A stretch of 64,000 nt of DNA, taken from assembly GCA_951406725.2 (NCBI GenBank), contig OX597833.1, positions 64,790,001 through 64,854,000 on the forward strand, given 5' to 3'. Shown here one piece after another: positions 56,263 to 64,000 of the stretch. The notes under the pieces were generated by a model, which saw only the letters and a list, made by a program, of their open reading frames with translations, did no database searches and was not told the DNA's origin. The position numbers were made by a program, and so were the translations under genes. Each line of letters starts with the position of its first letter. The first letter of the stretch is position 1. Origin of the DNA: Octopus vulgaris (Eukaryota).

Positions 56263-56570
56263 CATCATCATCATCATTGCTCGACCGTGGTGAGACAATG
56301 GAATTTACCATGCTACGCCAGACTTCACGGTCCATCATAGCATTACGGAGGTCCTGTTGCTGGATGCCTGTATCCCTGGGGATTACATCAGGGTGGGAGA
56401 TTGTGTGCCCTCTGGTATCACGAGCAGATGGCTTCCAGAGGAGAAGAGTAGACATTACCTCGTTTTCCGCTCTACAACAATGTCCAGCAAACTGGACTCT
56501 TTCGCCTTTCACAGGAGAGGATACAGGTGGTAGTTTCCCATATATTTGTACTTTGGTTGGATGACGCTTG
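56263..56570 (-). mobile_element. RTE-like LINE 3' fragment with (GAT)n tail
   Basis: HPTKVQIYGKLPPVS...RVQFAGHCCRAENEVMSTLLLWKP...DTGIQQQDLRNAMMDREVWR. Confidence 0.8.
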
Positions 56571-57253
56571 AATGTGTCCCTAATGTTGGTTTATCATCAT
56601 TCTGTTTTCTCCGGTTAAGCCTTTGCCTCGCTGTGGGTCCTTTCTTTTTGTCAAGACTTGGATTATCGATCAGACAAGATTACATTCCTTGACGTCAATT
56701 CTCACCATTTTCTTTCTCTGCTCACGTTCTCACCGTATAATAACACTTTCTTGACATCATTCTGATTGATGCTGTTCAGTGATTGTACCGGCGATGACAT
56801 GACTTTCTGATTCCGAGTATATGTCACAGTGTCTTTATGTATTGAACCCGGAATAAAAGAAAAAAATCAAAAACTGAAAGAAACGAACGATGTTTTCTTC
56901 TTGGATGTTACGAGGCATATATCTGAGAATAATAAAAGAAAAGGAACGAACACCTTATGAATGCAAAATTCAATAAAACATCTCTCACTGGCTTCAACAG
57001 TTATAAATATAATTCCATGCATATTAAGACAGGTGGAAACATTATGTTTAACACAGGAATGACAAAATCATTTTTAACAAAATCTGAGCCTTCATTTTTA
57101 AATTCAAGTTCACATTAATATGTAGAAGATTGTTATAAATCTGTGCTGACGATGATTTCTATAGAATCTCTATACATATAACCTAAGGAAGTCGTGTAAT
57201 AGCACTGCTAACACGAAAGAATACAGTATTGACCCATGAAAACGTTTAATATA

Positions 57254-57787
57254 TTAGGTTGTCCGGAAAGTTCGTGCCGATTTATAGTAGCTTACCTTTC
57301 GACTTATTTTAGAACATGGTTGAGTCCATAAAATAGGATTTGATTACACCTTCATTTAGAGCACAGTTTAAGCTATCTTTTCGTAGAAGAACGTTTATGT
57401 TTCTATAACCTGTGTTAATTCTGTAACCCTTCATTTGCGGCACTTGATGATTTGCAAACCAGACAAAAAATGCTGCAGCTTGGCTGGGATGTATTACCCC
57501 ACCCTCCATATTCACCAGATATTGCTCCTTCGGATTTCCACTTATTCAGGTCTCTGCACAATAGTGCTAATGGTAAAAAATTTTAATCCTTGAATGACGT
57601 AAAAAGATACCTTGATGAATTATTTGCCATGAATCCACCTCAATTCTGGGAAGAGGGTATTTTCAAGTTAAAGGAAAGATGGAGACGCAAAATGGTTCAT
57701 ATTTGGTTGATTAAAAATGTAATGGCAAGTATTTATTGACCTTTTCCTTTCCTTTAAAAATCGGCACGAACTTTCCCGACAGCTCAA
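57254..57787 (+). mobile_element. Internally deleted mariner with both TIRs and TA TSD
   Basis: TA|ttaggttgtccggaaagttcgtgccgattt ... aaatcggcacgaactttcccgacagctcaa|TA; internal LGWDVLPHPPYSPDIAPSDFHLFRSL. Confidence 0.92.
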
Positions 57788-58879
57788 TACTTTATAGTAT
57801 ATTTTGATTGCATAACGAAATACCACGTACCTACAAATCACTAGTATTTATGTAACAGCTTCCAGGAATGTGTTTAATATGTAAAATTGGTATATTCGGT
57901 AAAGCTACACCGCTATATTTAGTGGCTGTTTAAGCAATGAGTTAATGGACGATTAATGGTTTGGACGTGGTTTTGATGAAGGAGCAAGAAAGCCTGAAAT
58001 ATGGCATATACAACCATTAACCCATTAACCATTGTTGCTATTTACATGAATCGTCTCGGATTCGAAACGTAACAAAAATCAGGGTTAGCTATAATTTCTT
58101 TAGAAAACCTGTGGAGATAATCTGAACAAGGAATTGTGCTAAATGCTGAAAGAATAGAAATGTTGGTTATGCTTCCGTATCTGGCCCAGATATTGAATTC
58201 GTAAATGGTTTTTCTATAATTATTGCCGGTTCAAAATGCTCCTCAATATTTTTTTATGACTATCGTCCTTTGTTCGTAAACAACAATTTTAAACACAACA
58301 CAAACTTCTCTGACAATAGAATGCTATGGAATTCCTGTATTTTTATGTCTAGTGCGATTAAAACATAACATGTGATTATTTAAATTAGCGCACCATAAAT
58401 TAATTATCAATGTTAATAAAAAGAAACCGAAAATGTTTTATTTCATTTTTATCGCATTCATTTTGTGAACAAATCATATTTGAACCATAAACATGTTTCA
58501 TTTAATTTAGCACAATTGTAGCGCGGTGTATCCGCGTGTATATATGTGTGTACATGTGTGTGTTTATGTGTGTGCGTGAGTATGTGTGTGTGTATGTCTG
58601 AGTGTGTGCGTGTCCGTGTGTAGAGTGTCTGTGCGGATGTGTGAGAGTGTGCGTGTGTTCTTATAAGTTATTAATCTCTGGAGAGCAGAAACGGTTTGAC
58701 ATTGTTCAAGAAAATAGACCTTATGTGAAAACCGAGAATAATCTTGTTAACATTATTGTGTTGCTAAGGTGACAAGAGAGCACAATCATCAATACGCGAA
58801 CAAAATTAGTGGAGGCATTTGAAATCGATATTATTGTATTACTAAGGCAGCGAGGAATCGGCGCTGTTATATGGAAATG

Positions 58880-59139
58880 AACCAACACTCTCGTCAACCA
58901 TACCAGAGCAGAGATTGAGGTTTGGTGGCCACTGCTGGAGAAGTAAAGAAGAACTGGTGAGTCATGTGTTGCTGTGGAGATCAAATCATGGTACCACAGC
59001 GGCTGGAAGACCAGGGAAGAAGACGTATATACAACAGCTTGTAGAAGATGTTGGATGCCACGCTCAAGACCTAAAAACACTAATGGAAGATCAGGAGGGA
59101 TGGAAGGAGGTATTCAGGCTGGCATTCATGATTGGATAA
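58880..59139 (+). mobile_element. RTE-like LINE 3' fragment
   Basis: LRFGGHCWRSKEELVSHVLLWRSNHG...GRPGKKTYIQQLVEDVG...LKTLMEDQEGWK. Confidence 0.8.
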
Positions 59140-59603
59140 TGCTTTGATCAAAACAAAAATGAAAGAAATAGCAGCGAGCGGGTGGAATCGTCAGCACTCT
59201 GTGGTAAAAAGCTTGCTGGCATTTGGTCCGACTTTACTTTCTAACTTCAAAATCAGCCGAGGTTGACTTTGCCATTCGTTCTCACGGCGTCGAAATTATA
59301 GATACCATTTGAGCACTGGGGGGGGGGGGGCGATGAAAACAATTTATCCCACCACAACATTGCTGACCTAGCGTTAAAATTTGAAATCAGTATTAATGTT
59401 TGAGACGAAATTCGCAATTTTGATCCCACTTCTGCGTGAAATTGTACAGATGTACACTTTCGGGCGGAGGGGTTGCCGTGGGTTAAGAAGTTCGCTTCCC
59501 AACCACATGGCTCCACTGCGTTGCAACTTCGGTAAGTGTCTTCTTTTAAATCCGAATTTTGAATAAATAAAACAAGTGATCAAATGTTATATTTAATTGA
59601 AAT

Positions 59604-60460
59604 TTAACCATCAATGTACTTTCCCTGATTATCTATGACTTCCTTCCATCTATTTACAAGCTTTTTAATACCATCAATGTAAAACTCTTTTGGTTTCAAA
59701 GCGAAGAACTCTGAAATGTCAGGTTCGACCTCCTCCTGGCTTGCCAAAGTTATGTCCCCCAAATGATTCTGTAACCAACGAAACAAATGGTAGCCTGAAG
59801 GAGCAAGGTCGGGAGAATAAGGTGGATGAGGATTTTTTTCTCAACCAAGCTCATCGATATTCTGTGATGTGATTTTGCAGTGTGGGTTTGCGCATTGCCC
59901 TGATGAAACATCACTCCTTTTCGATTCACTAAAGCGGGTCTTTTTTTCTTAAAAGCTTGGTTTAAACGCTCTAATTGCTGACAGTAGACTTGCGCAGTGA
60001 TTGTTAGCATTAGGTAGTAACAATATTCAAAGTGAGTTACTCTTTTGCAATACCACCAGATAGAGAGAAGAACATTTTTTTCTATGAAGTTCCCTTCTCG
60101 GTTGTGGTTGAGCCTTTTTCCTTTTACCAAGCCACTGTTTACGACGTTTAACATTTCGATAGAAGATCCATTTTTCGTCACCAGTCACAAGTCCATTCAA
60201 AAGGTGTGAAAGGAGTTCGTGAGAATGTAAAGAAGAGTAGATGTCAACTCGGGATTTGCGGTTGCTTTCGGACAATTCATAAGGCACCAATTTTCCAAGT
60301 TTAGGAATCTTTCTAAGCTGTTGAAGATGACGATAAACAGTTGTATGGTTTGAACTAAGCTTTATTGCCATTTCTTCAACTGATAATGCAGGATTTTCTT
60401 CAAGTAATGCCTCAAGGAGCTTTTCATCAAACGCAACTGGACGTCGTGTTTGATCTTCAT
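59604..60460 (-). pseudogene. mariner (DD34D-type) transposase pseudogene
   Basis: LVPYELS, LVTGDEKWIFYRN, VLLSIWW, FHQGNA, PYSPDLAPS and FYIDGIKKLVNRWKEVIDNQGKY across three frames. Confidence 0.92.
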
Positions 60461-61926
60461 CTGCCCCACCCCAATCACCATCGCTTGACAAATGAAGTTG
60501 GTCCACGTAACTTAGCGGTTCGGCAAAATTGACCGATAAAATAAGCACTATGCTTACGAAGAGAATGTCCTGGGGTCGAAATCTGCGATTGAAGCCCCCT
60601 TAAGGCGGTGCTCCAGCAAGGCCACAGTCAAACGACCGAAATCATTAAAAGGATAAAAGAATAATAAAAAAATACTATTTGAGCAAAAGGACGAAAACTG
60701 AGTCTAGAGAACAAAAGGAAAAGCAGTGAAAGACCATTGGGTTTCGAAATACGATGGATATCAACAGGAAAAAAAATATTAGCCAGAGATATGAGCAATA
60801 TTCTGAGAGACGATCATGATAATTATTGCCATGGGAATCGGTGCAATTGTGAGTAACACGCAATTTCAGGAATATATGGCTGTTGTTGCCAGCAAGTTGA
60901 ATTACAATATATAGTAAGAACATCCCATGTTAAAGAGGATAATGAATAATTTTAGAGATGGATTCTTTTAGAAGACGGACCATGTCAGCTTCGCTCAAAT
61001 ATCGCATATTTTTATACAATATGTCCCTCAGTTTTTAAGTCGGTATTTTGAGATATTTAAAACAAGATTGCGTTTGACTGCTATGTTTTGCATGTGGAGA
61101 GACTGCGTAGAATCTCGCTCTTGAAGAGTTTGTATCAAATGTGAACTTTTTATTGTACGACAGCGTATGGCACATTGACTCTTGAACTGGTCTTTCTAGC
61201 AGAATGAGTACGGCTGCATAGAAGTTCCCGCGCTGGCTGCTCAAGTTTACGTAACTCAATTCCCAATAGAGATCAAATCGACAAAGTCAAACTCAAGAGA
61301 AAACAAGCAAACAAACAAGCAAACAAATAAATAAAAACATAAATAAATTAATAAACTAAAACAAAACCAAACGAATAAAGTTTGATTTATTTCGTTTTCG
61401 TAAAAAAAAAAAAAATTAGAAACTGCATTGGTTTTCTGATATAACATTAAACAAATTTGGTTGATTAATTCCAAAAATTTAATTCTTTAATTAAAATTGA
61501 AAGGTAATCCAGATTAGAATTCTTTTAATCTTCATTTCTGATTAGTAATTCATGCATTTAAGTAGTATTTCTTTTTATTTCGTTTTATTTCATTTATTCA
61601 ATGAACGAGATGATAGTTTCTTCCACCTTATCCGAAGTACCATTCGTTGTTGCCATGAGTGTCTCCAGCTTAGTAAATTAACGTCACTAGAACATTATAC
61701 AATCTGCAGCCAAATTTCTCCTACAAATCCATTACGCTACTGTCTTATAAAATTGAAGACGCAGAGAACGTTTTATTTCCTGCTCTCAAAAATAACGTTT
61801 GACTGTCATCTCATTATGCGTCACTAACCGTACGTCTTATTTGGAGCCAACGAAAATCGCTTAATTTTACGACATTTGTAGTTCTTTGTATGATATGTTA
61901 CTAAAGTCGACAAACACCTATATATA

Positions 61927-62210
61927 GATGGATGGAAGCACTCCGTCGGTTACGACGATGAGGGTTCCGGTTGATCCGAATCAACGGAACAGCCTGCTCG
62001 TGAAATTAACGTGTAAGTGGCTGAGCACTCCACAGACACGTGCACCCTTAACGTAGTTCTTGGGGATATTCAGCGTGACACAGAGAGTGACAAGGCCGGC
62101 CCCTTGAAATACAGGTACAACAGAAACAGGAAGTAAGAGTGGGAGAAAGTTGTGGTGAAAGAGTACAGCAGGGATCACCACCATCCCCTGCCGGAGCCTC
62201 TTGGAGCTTT
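61927..62210 (-). mobile_element. SINE family C body
   Basis: Best-preserved copy of the tcaacggaacagcctgctcgtgaaattaacgtg...ttgaaatacaggtac repeat. Confidence 0.8.
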
Positions 62211-62448
62211 TACCTATATATAATATACATATGAATACACACACATATATGAGGGGTTCTGAAAATTTCCTCCATGTAAGAGTATCATAAAGGCCGCCTT
62301 CCGAGTTATTTTACATAGTTCAGAAAATGTAAAGTACTTCTGCAATAAGTCTGTGAGTCTGAGAGGGAAACATGTTGAATAAAATCATAAGTAGTTGATC
62401 CTCCTGTATTTTCTTTTACCTAAAACCAGGCAATTTTCAGTACGCTCT

Positions 62449-62497
<49 letters not shown>

Positions 62498-62789
62498 CAT
62501 GGAATGTTAGAGGTTGTGAATCGAACCAACTAAGGGATAGTATCTATCAAAAATACTGTTCTTCTTTCTCTGTTCTAGAAATTACTAATACTTTACACAC
62601 ATGTATTCATATATTTTCTGAACTGTTTAAAATAAATAAATAGAAATAATATAATGTCTAACAACTGATGAATACTACGTCGGGATTCCCTCCATTTTCT
62701 TCTTGCCATATACATACATACATGTATGTATGTCGGAATGAATTAACGAAGGCAAACTTGCTTGCCTTTGTGCACATGTTCTCGAGAAA

Positions 62790-63640
62790 TTCTCTCTTGT
62801 GAGATTATTCTCTGAGACCGCTCCTATACGGATCGAAATTGTTGACATACTTGCACTAAAGGTTTATTATACATTTCGGATATCAACGGGAAATTGGTGG
62901 CCTTTTGTGAAACTTTGGTAGTTTGAGGATGCTCACTAACCTTTGTTTAAACCACGATCCACACGTATTATTCCATAGTATTTAAATCTGTCGCGTTCAG
63001 AGACTACAATTTTGGTGTTACATGATCGTAATGATTGTCTGATATCAATTCTTAAGATACGTGGGCTCTGTGAGAAGGTGCTGCGTATTGTCGAAACCGG
63101 TGTGGCCTTTCACTGCGTGTATCTGTGCAGAACTTAACAACTGTCTCCAGCACTTCAAAGAATTCAGCATCATTAATTCTAAATCCATGCTGAAGGATGT
63201 GACATGATCTTCGTTACACTATCATCTCCTAAATGCAATCTCCATTGCTGGAAACTTACTTCACATAATTCTGCACGCATCAGATGTATTTCAATATAAA
63301 CACCTGTCACTTCACTTGTTAGAATTTTTGTTTAGTCGAATTTTCGTCTTCTGATAGAAAAACCAAATCTGTTGTAATCGTGAGAATTTTGAAAACTTCC
63401 TACGTAACCACTTGGCATGGATCAAACAGTTTCCATATTTCTCTGCATACATGAATTAGCCTCTCCTGAGTGGCTACGACTTGTATCCAATATCCTTGTG
63501 CACTTCATTTATGATAGTCCATCCAGATACCTGAAGTTCTTTGGCGATTGCAACCATTGATTTTCCGATATTATCATCGATAATGTTATGAAACCATCGG
63601 ATGAATTGCAGTGACGTTAGAATATCGAAATGTTTAGAAT
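62790..63640 (-). pseudogene. maT/DD37D-type Tc1-mariner transposase remnant
   Basis: Minus strand IIDDNIGKSMVAIAKELQVSG...VHKDIGYKS, IWFF, KFPA and DHVTP...DLN..YVW motifs with many stops. Confidence 0.7.
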
Positions 63641-64000
63641 TTTATTTTATATACTTATGTACATTCGAATTATTCTCGCCACAGGCTCCCAATTTCATTC
63701 CGACTTTGTGCACAAAAGATCTTACAACATTTAGAAAGTTGACACCTTCTACATCGCTGTTCTGCGCATGGGGTAACAGATTTGCGGGATTTTACATATC
63801 TTGTATTAGCATATAATCTGCCTTAGGAAATCTGAAAGAAAAAAAAACAAAACAAAAACGAAACATATTGTAATTAATTTGCAGAGAGAATTACGCTGAT
63901 TATTAAGTGTGCATTGATAGTGTGTATGGAATTGCGCGAGCCTGCTCTACCCTTGAGAAATATAACTGATCTAGAGATGGGTCCCTACAGGTAATAGCGT

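Overview
This is repeat-saturated, AT-rich animal genomic DNA. The SINE families and the extreme (TA)n/(ATAG)n/(ATT)n/(GAA)n microsatellite load suggest an octopus or other cephalopod genome (inference). I find no intact host protein-coding gene, rRNA, true tRNA or CRISPR array, so the window reads as intergenic or deep intronic; nearly all listed ORFs are microsatellite translations. Recognisable content: four tRNA-derived SINE families, decayed Tc1/mariner/maT transposons, RTE-type LINE 3' ends, a non-autonomous Helitron, a solo LTR nested in a SINE, an R2-like 3' fragment outside rDNA, a two-copy ORF-less ~550-bp element in (TAA)n arrays, and several Penelope-like (PLE) remnants. The most interesting signals are RNA-structural. 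There are at least three unrelated hammerhead-ribozyme-bearing repeat families, two with a CCGANGA core and one of those inside a ~134-nt rod. One PLE 3' module couples a tRNA-like Pol III head to a minimal hammerhead, and fold-back palindromes recur inside (TA)n arrays. All family assignments come from motif recognition by eye, not database searches, and boundaries of decayed elements are approximate.
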